UHGV virus genome: UHGV-0138423
Source: a virus
Length of the DNA: 42,842 bases
Reading direction: 5' to 3' (one strand)
Part shown: one piece after another, positions 28,293 to 36,207 of the stretch
Layout: each line of letters begins with the position of its first letter
Numbering within the stretch: the first letter of the stretch is position 1
Translations under genes and position numbers: made by a program
The notes under the pieces: model-generated
The model's database searches: none
What the model was told of the DNA's origin: nothing
What the model saw: the letters and a program-made list of their open reading frames with translations, nothing else

Positions 28293-28472
28293 TTACCGCC
28301 AGTATTCAATGCACATGACCGCCATGAACACCCCTAAAAAAAGGGCATTTATATGTCCAAACATTAATATCAAAACATCAATTTTTTCCATATACCTTGC
28401 TGTGAAGATGATGGGCATACATGATGCGAACAACCAGAACGCAACAAACAAAAACTGCAATGCGTTTTTCAT
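28293..28472 (-). CDS. Small hydrophobic membrane protein
   Basis: 59 aa from ATG after GGGGGA; two predicted transmembrane helices (..LQFLFVAFWLFASCMPIIF.. and ..ALFLGVFMAVMCI..); very AT-rich. Confidence 0.35.
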   Translation of the reverse strand: MKNALQFLFVAFWLFASCMPIIFTARYMEKIDVLILMFGHINALFLGVFMAVMCIEYWR

Positions 28473-28592
28473 TATTCCCCCTACAATCAATGTGCAATAA
28501 CATTTAAACACACCTCAATTTGGCCGGACATATAAATATCTAAACCAGAAAAAATCACTTACATAGCGTTACAAACTCTTTAGTCTAAATAT

Positions 28593-29108
28593 TCATCGTA
28601 AAACATCCTCCACGCTTATCAGTCCATTTCGTTTCAGGTAATCCATCGCCTTCTCCGGTAATTTGCAGTCCGGCTGAGCTTTTTTCAGTTGACTGACCAG
28701 TCGTTTAACCCACATTGTTAATTCGCTAACCTGATTGCCGGATGCTGGTGGATTGTCGGCTTTACCCAGAATGGCAGCGCAGCAGGCCTCTCTGAGCACC
28801 CAGTCAACAGCATCCTTCCATGCTCCTGTTTCGACTGGCGGATTCTCACGCTTTACCTGTTCATAAAAGCGCACGGCTTTAACCAGTCCTTCTGATGTCA
28901 CCGGGACTGGCGGGCCGATGAATAAGGCCTGAATTTCATAGTTCGGCCTGTCGTTACAATCCTCTTTTGTCGGTACATATTTCCAGTCACCAGCCCACGG
29001 CTTCCCCTGAAAGTCTGTAACGTCTTTTTTCACGTAGCGATATCGCCATGCAACTGGTTTTGCCTGCCCTGCCGTTTCATGCCCTTCCTGATAATTAATC
29101 TCGCTCAT
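28593..29108 (-). CDS. Hypothetical protein
   Basis: 171 aa ORF, translationally coupled (ATGA) to the upstream acidic ORF; no family recognised. Confidence 0.5.
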   Translation of the reverse strand: MSEINYQEGHETAGQAKPVAWRYRYVKKDVTDFQGKPWAGDWKYVPTKEDCNDRPNYEIQALFIGPPVPVTSEGLVKAVRFYEQVKRENPPVETGAWKDAVDWVLREACCAAILGKADNPPASGNQVSELTMWVKRLVSQLKKAQPDCKLPEKAMDYLKRNGLISVEDVLR

Positions 29109-29281
29109 TCATCGCCCCACTCATCACAATATGCTTCGACCGGAGTTTTTCCTGCTTCATAATCATCACGCCATGCTTCAGCATCAGCAGCACTGCCACC
29201 ACGTAACTCTGCATAGTCCATTAACAGTTCATGCCATTCTTCAAAACTGGCGTTATATTTAGTTGAACCAAAATCAGCCAT
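29105..29281 (-). CDS. Small acidic protein
   Basis: 58 aa (MADFGSTKYNASFEEWHELLMDYAELRGG...YCDEWGDE), rich in Asp/Glu; start overlaps the stop of the upstream acidic ORF; below the ORF-track size cut-off. Confidence 0.4.
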   Translation of the reverse strand: MADFGSTKYNASFEEWHELLMDYAELRGGSAADAEAWRDDYEAGKTPVEAYCDEWGDE

Positions 29282-29456
29282 TTTGTTCTTCCTCTTCGTC
29301 TTTTATTTCGTGGTATGAGTAATTGCAGTAGTTAAAGAAAATATCTTTAGCTTCATCCTGTATTTCATCTGGTGTTGCATCATCATCCACTTCGAATTCA
29401 TCCTCGAAATCTCCACCGGCTATTCCCGTTTCAATAATTATTTTGAATTTTCGCAT
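29274..29456 (-). CDS. Small highly acidic protein
   Basis: 60 aa, about one third Asp/Glu (..DFEDEFEVDDDATPDEIQDEAKD...KDEEEEQNG); AT-rich. Confidence 0.4.
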   Translation of the reverse strand: MRKFKIIIETGIAGGDFEDEFEVDDDATPDEIQDEAKDIFFNYCNYSYHEIKDEEEEQNG

Positions 29457-29549
29457 TTCACTACCGCCCTTTCGGACGGCCTCCTGATGTTCTGAGGGTG
29501 CAGAAATCCATCCGGTTAAGGATTAAATTTTTAACAGAGCTAAATTTAA

Positions 29550-29906
29550 TTATTCAGTTCTGGATTTTGTCGCCCTGCGTATCCGCGCTTTCGCGTTACG
29601 CTCAATCTGAATTAGCTTTTCTATATTTTTTCGCCTTTCCCGCTCCTCCTGACGCAAGAGCCTTACATCATCTGCCAGTCTGGTTTCTCTTTTCGCCACA
29701 GAGAGCATCCAGTCAAATGGCTCCACAACTGCACCGCAGATTTTACAGCGGACCTGACGCTCTTTTTCGTCAACCCGGACAGAGGCGTGATGACAATATG
29801 GTCTTTCCGATGGCTCATAAAGAAAATTAACCTGATTACGAGGGTCATCCTCTTTTACCGGAAATAAAACGATATTGCTTAACTCATCCTCTGGTTTTAT
29901 TTCCAT
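29550..29906 (-). CDS. Zinc-ribbon-containing hypothetical protein
   Basis: 118 aa with CHH...CKIC metal-binding arrangement and a basic C-terminal helix. Confidence 0.45.
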   Translation of the reverse strand: MEIKPEDELSNIVLFPVKEDDPRNQVNFLYEPSERPYCHHASVRVDEKERQVRCKICGAVVEPFDWMLSVAKRETRLADDVRLLRQEERERRKNIEKLIQIERNAKARIRRATKSRTE

Positions 29907-30345
29907 GCTCCTCTCCTTTGATGCGAATGCCAGCGACGCGTAATGCGTGTTCTAGGTCAATCAGGTAAAGCCAACTGCCATTTTCTTTAGGTATCATGAC
30001 ATGTCGCTCATCTGCATTTATCGGGTGTCCATATCGAAGGTCGTAGCGAGTCGGTAATTGAACTTCCCGCGCTTCCAGTTCAGCAATACGCTTGCTCCCA
30101 TCAGAGATAACGCCTTCGTAATACTCACGCTGCTCGTTGAGTTGTGATTTTGCTTCTTCCAGTCCATCCAGCAAATCAGCGATAATATCCGCTTCCCGAT
30201 GACGGATGTGACGCTTAAACGCAGCAAGAGCCGCATCACAATCCCGTTCAGCATTTGGGCTGTCCGGGATAGCCTGATACCACGCCAGCGTCGACTGATA
30301 GTTTTGTGCTGCCTCACGAAGCGCCTCATAGTTAACCTCTCTCAT
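29884..30345 (-). CDS. Hypothetical protein
   Basis: 153 aa ORF overlapping neighbours by a few codons; no family recognised. Confidence 0.45.
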   Translation of the reverse strand: MREVNYEALREAAQNYQSTLAWYQAIPDSPNAERDCDAALAAFKRHIRHREADIIADLLDGLEEAKSQLNEQREYYEGVISDGSKRIAELEAREVQLPTRYDLRYGHPINADERHVMIPKENGSWLYLIDLEHALRVAGIRIKGEEHGNKTRG

Positions 30346-30638
30346 TGAGCCACCTCCTGATAAATCACTGCATGCCCCAGTTTCTCCGCCAGTGCCAGCT
30401 CTGCCTTAGCGCCCGCTGACCGCTGCCAGCCATTCAGCATGTAAATCGCATCCACACAACGAATCATTGCCATGCAAATATCCATGTAGTGCGGCTGTGT
30501 CAGCCCGTCCGGAAGTACTGCCGGGTTTAAGACGGTATGCCCTTCCCGTTTCAGTTCCTCTTCCGCCTTGTGAAACGCCTCACGGTTGAAATTTTCATAT
30601 CCCGTCATTGGACCGGCAATATAAACTCTGACCCTCAC
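30342..30638 (-). CDS. DUF4406 / nucleoside 2-deoxyribosyltransferase-like protein
   Basis: Core ..VYIAGPMTGYENFN..AF...L...GHTVLNPA...........CM.MI..CDAIYMLNGWQRSAGAKAE..LA..LG fits the DUF4406 signature; probable GTG start at 30638 overlapping the upstream stop (GTGA). Confidence 0.55.
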   Translation of the reverse strand: MRVRVYIAGPMTGYENFNREAFHKAEEELKREGHTVLNPAVLPDGLTQPHYMDICMAMIRCVDAIYMLNGWQRSAGAKAELALAEKLGHAVIYQEVAQ

Positions 30639-31042
30639 TCCATCACCTCCTGAAAGTTTCCCCGATAGAACGCCAGCACACGCTGCATAACTTCGCTCTG
30701 GCGGCACTCACGACAAATTATGTTCTGCCGTCTGTTGTAACGACGTATTTCTCCGTCAGGTAACTTTCGAATCAGTGTCGGGTCAGCAGCCTTCTCCGGT
30801 GTCTTACGCCATACGCGATACGCCTGCTCTGATGGAAATACCCCGCAACCAGAGAGCCAGACATCACCACTGGCCGCAAGCGCACCAGATAAACGACGAA
30901 TAGCGGTCTTACTGACACCCGTTTTATCTGCCAGTTGTCGAAAAGTTTCTCGTCCGCTCAGGCGCACGAATTCCACAATACGCGCCTTCACTTCTTCCCG
31001 CTCTTCTGGTGTAAATACTTTTGCCATAAGCGCCTCCGGCAA
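30635..31042 (-). CDS. Hypothetical protein with HTH and CxxC motifs
   Basis: 135 aa; ..TFRQLADKTGVSKTAIRRLSG.. HTH-like segment and ..CRECRQ.. Confidence 0.45.
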   Translation of the reverse strand: MPEALMAKVFTPEEREEVKARIVEFVRLSGRETFRQLADKTGVSKTAIRRLSGALAASGDVWLSGCGVFPSEQAYRVWRKTPEKAADPTLIRKLPDGEIRRYNRRQNIICRECRQSEVMQRVLAFYRGNFQEVME

Positions 31043-31855
31043 TCACTTTTCCGATACAACACGGCGGGAAGAATCAGTAATCTGTCGAACAATATCCCGG
31101 TGCTTGTTCAGCTCCCGCAGCGCGGCGCAGACTCGCTCCCACTTCTGAACATCACTTTTCGCCCTGCGCAGCGCCAGGTTTGCCCTGCGAAGGGACGGAA
31201 AAATCAGCTCATCTGCTTGCGTTTCGGTAAACGATGGCAACGGCTGCACAATGTCCGCCACAGTTTCTGTTTTAATTTCTTCCTGTGTTGCGGCTTCCCG
31301 GACTGGTAACGCAGCACCTGCTGGCTGAGGAAAGGCCTTACCATCACTTTCCGTTACCAGCGCGGCTTTCGGCTCTGCTGGTAAATTATCGCCCGGCATG
31401 CAGTAACGAAATTTACCGTTCTGATTAACGCGTGCCAGCCGCCCCTTGCTGATTGCCATTGCCAGCGTTGAAGCTACTTTGCGTGATGTGGTACCGAACA
31501 ACGCAGCCAGCTCATCCGCCGTTTGTGGTCCGCGTTGTTCAATCGTCGCGGTTAAATCGCACTCTGAGATTTTCGCTACTGTTGCCGTGGTAGTTTCTTC
31601 CGGCTGTTCTTCCGGCGCTGGCTGTTCCTGCTGAACGTTGTTATCAGCCACACGCCAGGTGTACGCGCTTTTATCAACGAAACCAGCTTTTTTCAGTTCC
31701 CATAGTTCGTTCAGCACTTCTTCACGACTGATATCAAGTCGCGCAGCAAGTTCTATGGATGTGGCTTTTCCCATTGCTTTCAGTGCGTCAAAAACAGTCT
31801 CCATTAAATTTTTCTCCCGGTAAAAATTACTTCGCAATTCCTGGCTGGACGACAT
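31043..31855 (-). CDS. Hypothetical protein with two winged-helix-like segments (YdaW position)
   Basis: 270 aa with acidic Pro/Glu-rich linker; occupies the position following the DnaC-like gene as in Rac; likely true start at the internal METVFDAL. Confidence 0.45.
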   Translation of the reverse strand: MSSSQELRSNFYREKNLMETVFDALKAMGKATSIELAARLDISREEVLNELWELKKAGFVDKSAYTWRVADNNVQQEQPAPEEQPEETTTATVAKISECDLTATIEQRGPQTADELAALFGTTSRKVASTLAMAISKGRLARVNQNGKFRYCMPGDNLPAEPKAALVTESDGKAFPQPAGAALPVREAATQEEIKTETVADIVQPLPSFTETQADELIFPSLRRANLALRRAKSDVQKWERVCAALRELNKHRDIVRQITDSSRRVVSEK

Positions 31856-32573
31856 TCGTACGCCAGCTCTCCCAGTTAAAATTCACCCAGCGTCCGCCGT
31901 TCATGGTCATGCGATCCATAATCCGCTCGCCGAGCAATGTTTTCATGGCCTCATAGTTCAGGTTTGTCAGCATTCCCACGCTGCGCATCGACGCTGTCCG
32001 GCGATCAACAATCTGGTGCAGTACCACCTGCTCGTTTTTCGTCTCGCGCTGAATGCCAATTTCATCAAGAACCAGCAGATCCACTTCGCACAGTTCCCGC
32101 AAAAATTTTTCGCCTGACTGCCCGTCGTCATAGCTGGCATGCAGGACACTCATAACATCAGCCACGGTAACCACAATCACTGTCTGACCGTCTTTCAGCA
32201 GGCGATTCCCGATAGCTGCCGCTAAATGGTTCTTCCCGGTACCAGGTTTTCCGCTGAACGCAAAATTTGTACACCCGGTCATCAGTTCATCGGCGATGGA
32301 TTTCGCCTGGCTTAACGCGTATCGCTGGCCGTCGTTCTGCACCTGGTAATTCGCAAATGAACATTTGCGGTGCAACGGCTGGATGCCAGAGCGATTCAGG
32401 ATTTTTTTCACCCGCAACTGACGATTCAGGCGGTTGATCTCCTCGCAACGTTTCTGGCCTTCAGCAAGTTGCCACTCGCGCCACTCCGCAACCGTTCTGA
32501 ATGGGGCGGTTACATGTGGTGGGGTCAGTCTGCGGATACGCTCCAGAACGCCTCCTGTCGCAATATTTTTCAT
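31827..32573 (-). CDS. DnaC-like helicase loader (replication protein)
   Basis: 248 aa with Walker A (..[17 protein letters not shown]..) and Walker B (..DLLVLDEIG..) of the DnaC/IstB ATPase family. Confidence 0.8.
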   Translation of the reverse strand: MKNIATGGVLERIRRLTPPHVTAPFRTVAEWREWQLAEGQKRCEEINRLNRQLRVKKILNRSGIQPLHRKCSFANYQVQNDGQRYALSQAKSIADELMTGCTNFAFSGKPGTGKNHLAAAIGNRLLKDGQTVIVVTVADVMSVLHASYDDGQSGEKFLRELCEVDLLVLDEIGIQRETKNEQVVLHQIVDRRTASMRSVGMLTNLNYEAMKTLLGERIMDRMTMNGGRWVNFNWESWRTNVVQPGIAK

Positions 32574-32579
32574 GGTCTG

Positions 32580-33362
32580 TTACCCCCTGAAGCCTGGCGG
32601 GATCGCACTGTCCGGCAACGAGACGGTGTTAACCTGTCGGAGCAACGTCTCAGGCCGAACACCTTTCGGCGCGAACAGGCCCTGGTATTCATTGGCGATG
32701 CTGTGTCGAATCACCTGCTCAGGTGTAAACCCCTGCTGACGGAATTTTTCCAGTTCCCGTATCGCCCCGTTAGCGCCCTGCTCCGTTCGAATCGGTTTTC
32801 GCAATGCCTGTCTGAACCGGACCCACTCATGCCAGAGTGTTTCCGGCAACCAATCGGGCAGCTCAATAGCCTCCGGCTCGAACTTTTTAGACGCTCGTTT
32901 TTGCCGAGGGGGATTTAGGGGGAGATCAGTATTTATATCTTCCTCTTCCTCTGGTAACGCTTTTTGATCCGTTTGTGTAACGCTGTCAGCGTTACCTTTT
33001 CGTTTCAGTTCGCGTATTTTTGTTACTCGCTCGTTTGTAACCGCCCGTTTTTTAGAGCTTTTTCCGTTATGACGTTCAAAGTTAGGTAGAGAAAGCCCAC
33101 CGTCATTTTCGACCAGCCATCCAACCTGAATTAACGCATCAGCAAAACCAGCCATAAAAGTAATGCGATCTATTGCACTTTTTGTAACGCCGCGAGCGTT
33201 ACAATCTGCGTTACCGTCTATCATTTGTTGATCCGCCCATGCCCAGAAGCGAATAACCTTCCCTAATGCGGCATCTGGATCAATATTCAGAATCTCAGCA
33301 AGCCTGAATATTTCCGGCTTATCCGGCGTAATAACCTCGAGCTTTATCCAGTTTGAAGCCAT
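32580..33362 (-). CDS. Replication initiation protein (O-like / YdaU-like)
   Basis: 260 aa gene immediately upstream of the DnaC-like gene in the replication module. Confidence 0.5.
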   Translation of the reverse strand: MASNWIKLEVITPDKPEIFRLAEILNIDPDAALGKVIRFWAWADQQMIDGNADCNARGVTKSAIDRITFMAGFADALIQVGWLVENDGGLSLPNFERHNGKSSKKRAVTNERVTKIRELKRKGNADSVTQTDQKALPEEEEDINTDLPLNPPRQKRASKKFEPEAIELPDWLPETLWHEWVRFRQALRKPIRTEQGANGAIRELEKFRQQGFTPEQVIRHSIANEYQGLFAPKGVRPETLLRQVNTVSLPDSAIPPGFRG

Positions 33363-33439
33363 TTGTTTTCACCTTGTAACGCTCGCAGCGTTACATTTAA
33401 CTGATACCGAACAAAACAGTCCGGCACGATTAATTTCAA

Positions 33440-33862
33440 TCAATGCACTACGACAGAATCGCCGGGCGATCCTCCGCCGCTGAAATGTGCTTTCCGGTAA
33501 ACGGCCTGGACTGCATCATCATGCGCATCAATTGCCGTACTCAACGCTTCCTGCGCCGCCAGTAATGCACGGCGTTCCAGGGTATCGAAGATGCAGAGTC
33601 GGTGACGCAGCTCGCGCGGAAGAATTGCCAGAACCGCAGGGATCAGTTTCTGAATTTTTTCCCTTTGCGCTTTCGTTTCACCTTTCAACCAACGGTGATA
33701 GATATTCTGCTGATTGTTCCAGTCCTTGCCTGGTACCAGGGGCAATTCGCCGCCCCCCTGGCGCAGATATTCTTCAGTAATTGCGTTAGCGACCCACGCC
33801 TGCCCTTTTTCGGCTGCCAGGGCTAACAACACTGATTCGATGTGCTCATGCCTGATTTTCAT
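33440..33862 (-). CDS. ydaT: YdaT-like protein (cII-position, Rac toxin-module homolog)
   Basis: 140 aa translationally coupled to the Cro-like ydaS homolog; synteny racR / ydaS-ydaT as in Rac. Confidence 0.6.
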   Translation of the reverse strand: MKIRHEHIESVLLALAAEKGQAWVANAITEEYLRQGGGELPLVPGKDWNNQQNIYHRWLKGETKAQREKIQKLIPAVLAILPRELRHRLCIFDTLERRALLAAQEALSTAIDAHDDAVQAVYRKAHFSGGGSPGDSVVVH

Positions 33863-34101
33863 GAATCAACCGCTCCTATGCTGTTTTCGCTATGCTTACC
33901 GTCTGGGGGGAATACATCGTCAAGTCCACAATGAGCGCCAAGCCGATTAAGGGTAGAAACAATTTTTCTGCACTCCTCTAGCCCAGGGGTACGAAAATTT
34001 GCTTCGTAATTTGCCAGTCGGCTTTGTATCCACCCTAACTGAACAGCAAGTTGTCTTTGAGACAGCCCAAGCTGTTTTCGATATGTTGAAATTTTGTTCA
34101 T
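33859..34101 (-). CDS. ydaS: Cro-like HTH regulator (YdaS-like)
   Basis: 80 aa with XRE-type HTH (..LGLSQRQLAVQLGWIQSRLANYE..), divergent from the repressor gene. Confidence 0.7.
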   Translation of the reverse strand: MNKISTYRKQLGLSQRQLAVQLGWIQSRLANYEANFRTPGLEECRKIVSTLNRLGAHCGLDDVFPPDGKHSENSIGAVDS

Positions 34102-34125
34102 TGAAAACCTCCGATGACAATTTTA

Positions 34126-34186
34126 AACACATCTTGTGTTATATGGTCAAGCTGTTTTGTGTTTTATGTAAATCACGATTCGTGAT
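34126..34186. promoter_or_regulatory. Divergent promoter/operator region between ydaS-like and racR-like genes
   Basis: Palindromes AACAC-ATCTT-GTGTT (34126-34140) and ATCACGA-T-TCGTGAT (34172-34186) within the 96 bp intergenic region. Confidence 0.45.
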
Positions 34187-34197
34187 ACAAGGATGCA

Positions 34198-34617
34198 ATG
34201 GAAAAAGAAAACGAAAAAATTGCCGCTAGTAGGCTCAATGACAAAATTGCAATGCGTCTTAAAGAGCGCAGGCAGAAGCTTGGTTTATCTCAAGGAAAAC
34301 TTGCTGAAATCTGCGGATGGACGCAATCGCGTATAGGTAACTATGAGGCGGGCAGCAGAAATGTTGGAGTGCATGACGCTGTCGTATTGGGAAAGGCACT
34401 TGGCATATCTCCTCCTGAGCTCCTCTTTGGAGAACAGGAATCTTCTGAATTGTGGTTAAATGAATCCCAACGAAAACTTCTTGAGTTGTTTAACCAGCTA
34501 CCGGGCTCAGAACAACAACGAATGATTGAGCTATTTGAAGTCCGGCTAAAAGAAATCGATGAGTATGTAGAAAAATATTTGAGAGGCAGGCTTAAAGATA
34601 ATCCCCCACCGGAGTAA
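34198..34617 (+). CDS. racR: Prophage repressor (RacR-like, cI-position)
   Basis: 139 aa with N-terminal XRE-type HTH (..LGLSQGKLAEICGWTQSRIGNYE..) and a C-terminal helical domain; divergent from the Cro-like gene. Confidence 0.75.
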   Translation: MEKENEKIAASRLNDKIAMRLKERRQKLGLSQGKLAEICGWTQSRIGNYEAGSRNVGVHDAVVLGKALGISPPELLFGEQESSELWLNESQRKLLELFNQLPGSEQQRMIELFEVRLKEIDEYVEKYLRGRLKDNPPPE

Positions 34618-34647
34618 TGATCTTGCTATCACAGTAATATGCCAATC

Positions 34648-34671
34648 AGCCCGCTATCAGCGGGCTTTTTT
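34648..34671 (+). terminator. Intrinsic terminator after the repressor gene
   Basis: AGCCCGC-TATCA-GCGGGCT followed by TTTTTTG. Confidence 0.6.
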
Positions 34672-34700
34672 GTACCATCATGATATGACACCCACCACAA

Positions 34701-34742
34701 AACACATTTCGTGTTGACATAAGAAAACGCATTGTGTTTAAT
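34701..34742 (+). promoter_or_regulatory. pL-like early-left promoter with operator-like repeats
   Basis: -35 TTGACA (34714-34719), 17 nt spacer, -10 TTTAAT (34737-34742); overlapped by AACAC-ATTTC-GTGTT (34701-34715), same architecture as the operator at 34126-34140. Confidence 0.5.
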
Positions 34743-34922
34743 AAGCATATCCAAACAACGCCCCACCAGAGAACGGCAGGACAATACCTCGAGTTATCCA
34801 GCCACTGAACAGGGCTAAGTAGCCAGCCTGAGGCATACGAACATGACGGCAGTTGTTGATTGATACAAAGCGCAGTAGATAAAACGTTCCGCCACCCGGC
34901 GTTAAGGGGAAATGAGGTCAAC

Positions 34923-35075
34923 ATGGATACTATCGATCTTGGCAACAACGAATCTCTGGTATGTGGCGTGTTTCCCAATCAGGACGGCACGTTTACCGCG
35001 ATGACGTATACCAGAAGCAAAACGTTTCAAACTGAAGCTGGCGCGCGTCGCTGGTTAACCAGAAACACTGACTGA
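34923..35075 (+). CDS. ydaF: YdaF-like small protein (DUF1391)
   Basis: 50 aa from ATG with GAGG RBS: MDTIDLGNNESLVCGVFPNQDGTFTAMTYTRSKTFQTEAGARRWLTRNTD; matches Rac YdaF as I recall it; first gene after the pL-like promoter. Confidence 0.6.
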   Translation: MDTIDLGNNESLVCGVFPNQDGTFTAMTYTRSKTFQTEAGARRWLTRNTD

Positions 35076-35086
35076 TGAGGTTGACG

Positions 35087-35461
35087 ATGGAATTTAAAGA
35101 TTTACCAGTACCATTCCAGGAAATGGCATCGAATGTGGTTCGCTCTCAACTGGCGACTCTTGACCTGAGTACCGTAGAAAAAGAAACCATCGATACTATA
35201 TCCGGTAACGTGCGTCGTGCCTTTATCGGTCTGTACGAAGAGAAGCAGCTCTCTGATAACCAGGATTTACATGAAAAATACTTCCTGGAATTAATGGACA
35301 TCCTTAATAAAGGATTTGGCTTGTTAATGAAAAAGAAAGGGATTCGAATAGCTCCCCTTGAAAATCATTTTACAGCAAGCAGTATTAATTCCTGTGATTT
35401 AAAGCATCACACATCCGATGGGAAAGTTGAATCAAACAACAAAATATCAATTAATCATTAA
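35087..35461 (+). CDS. Hypothetical protein occupying the sieB position
   Basis: 124 aa from ATG with GAGG RBS (MEFKDLPVPFQEM...); soluble-looking, no family recognised. Confidence 0.5.
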   Translation: MEFKDLPVPFQEMASNVVRSQLATLDLSTVEKETIDTISGNVRRAFIGLYEEKQLSDNQDLHEKYFLELMDILNKGFGLLMKKKGIRIAPLENHFTASSINSCDLKHHTSDGKVESNNKISINH

Positions 35462-35763
35462 TTTATTCACAGGTGAGGTAGAGTGCGTGCGCCGGACACG
35501 GATAAGAATCCGGCACTGACAGTTTACTGAAAAGGATATATCCCTGAAAAGTCAGGGCATAACGCGAAAGCGCACGGCGAAGTTCGTCTCTCTGTAGGTA
35601 GTCGTTAAATTTAATTCGACCGTGCGCTTCCGGTTGTGGCAATCCGCGAAATGGCGCGGCGGTAAGTATGGCGGGGTTATTCCTTCCCCGCTGAGGACAC
35701 CGGGTTGTCAGGTTGACCATACGCTTAAGTGACAACCCCGCTGCAACGCCCTCTGTTATCACT

Positions 35764-35802
35764 TTTCTGGTGATTCGGCGGAAACGGATATCCGCCCTTT
35801 TT
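35764..35802 (+). ncRNA. dicF: Candidate DicF-family sRNA (ends at an intrinsic terminator)
   Basis: Begins UUUCUGGUGA and ends GGCGGA-AACGGAUA-UCCGCC CUUUUU; same 5' seed and 3' terminator context as E. coli DicF as I recall it, with a shorter middle. Sits upstream of the kilR-like gene inside a stop-rich, hairpin-dense segment. Confidence 0.5.
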
Positions 35803-35985
35803 AAAGTGAATTTTGTGATGCGGTGAATGCGGCTATGCGCACGCGGAACAGTTAAAGCAGTAAGGCGGTATTTTACGGGCGTAACGAGCATCAACTAATC
35901 CGGCGTTAATTGTTAACTGGTTAACGTCACCTGGAGGCACCAGGCACCGCATCGACAAAATTCATTTGTAAAAATGGAGATAATT

Positions 35986-36207
35986 ATGATTGCTCATCAC
36001 TTCGGAACTGATGAAATACCACGTCAGTGTGTGACCCCTGGTGATTATGTTCTTCATGAAGGTCGGACATATATCGCCTCGGCAAACAATATTAAAAAGC
36101 GGAAACTTTATATTCGTAGCCTGACTACAAAAACATGCATTTCTGACTGCATGATTAAAGTCTTCCTCGGTCGTGATGGTTTACCTGTAAAGGCGGAGTC
36201 ATGGTAA
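35986..36207 (+). CDS. kilR: KilR-like cell-division inhibitor
   Basis: 73 aa from ATG after GGAGA ([31 protein letters not shown]...); size and position (between sieB-position and ydaE) as Rac kilR. Confidence 0.55.
   Translation: MIAHHFGTDEIPRQCVTPGDYVLHEGRTYIASANNIKKRKLYIRSLTTKTCISDCMIKVFLGRDGLPVKAESW

Noticed and set aside
32370-32918. 182-codon plus-strand ORF (and other plus-strand ORFs of 60-180 codons across 1596-33950)
   Set aside because: All overlap well-supported minus-strand phage genes, have no RBS, and give compositionally biased translations; treated as antisense shadow ORFs.
34646-34978. 110-codon minus-strand ORF
   Set aside because: Runs antisense across the repressor terminator, the pL-like promoter and the ydaF-like start; no RBS; the plus-strand features explain the region better.
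35463-35894. 143-codon minus-strand ORF (Arg-rich) spanning the structured region upstream of kilR
   Set aside because: No recognisable RBS or promoter, no terminator downstream, extremely Arg-rich composition typical of spurious frames in GC-rich structured DNA, and a plus-strand intrinsic terminator lies inside it; treated as non-coding, though a real antisense gene is not fully excluded.
35463-35985. Retron msr/msd, group II intron or IS200/IS605-type element
   Set aside because: No reverse transcriptase, TnpA/TnpB or IscB ORF nearby, no long flanking inverted repeats of retron type, and no recognisable domain V-like hairpin; small flanking ORFs follow Rac synteny instead.
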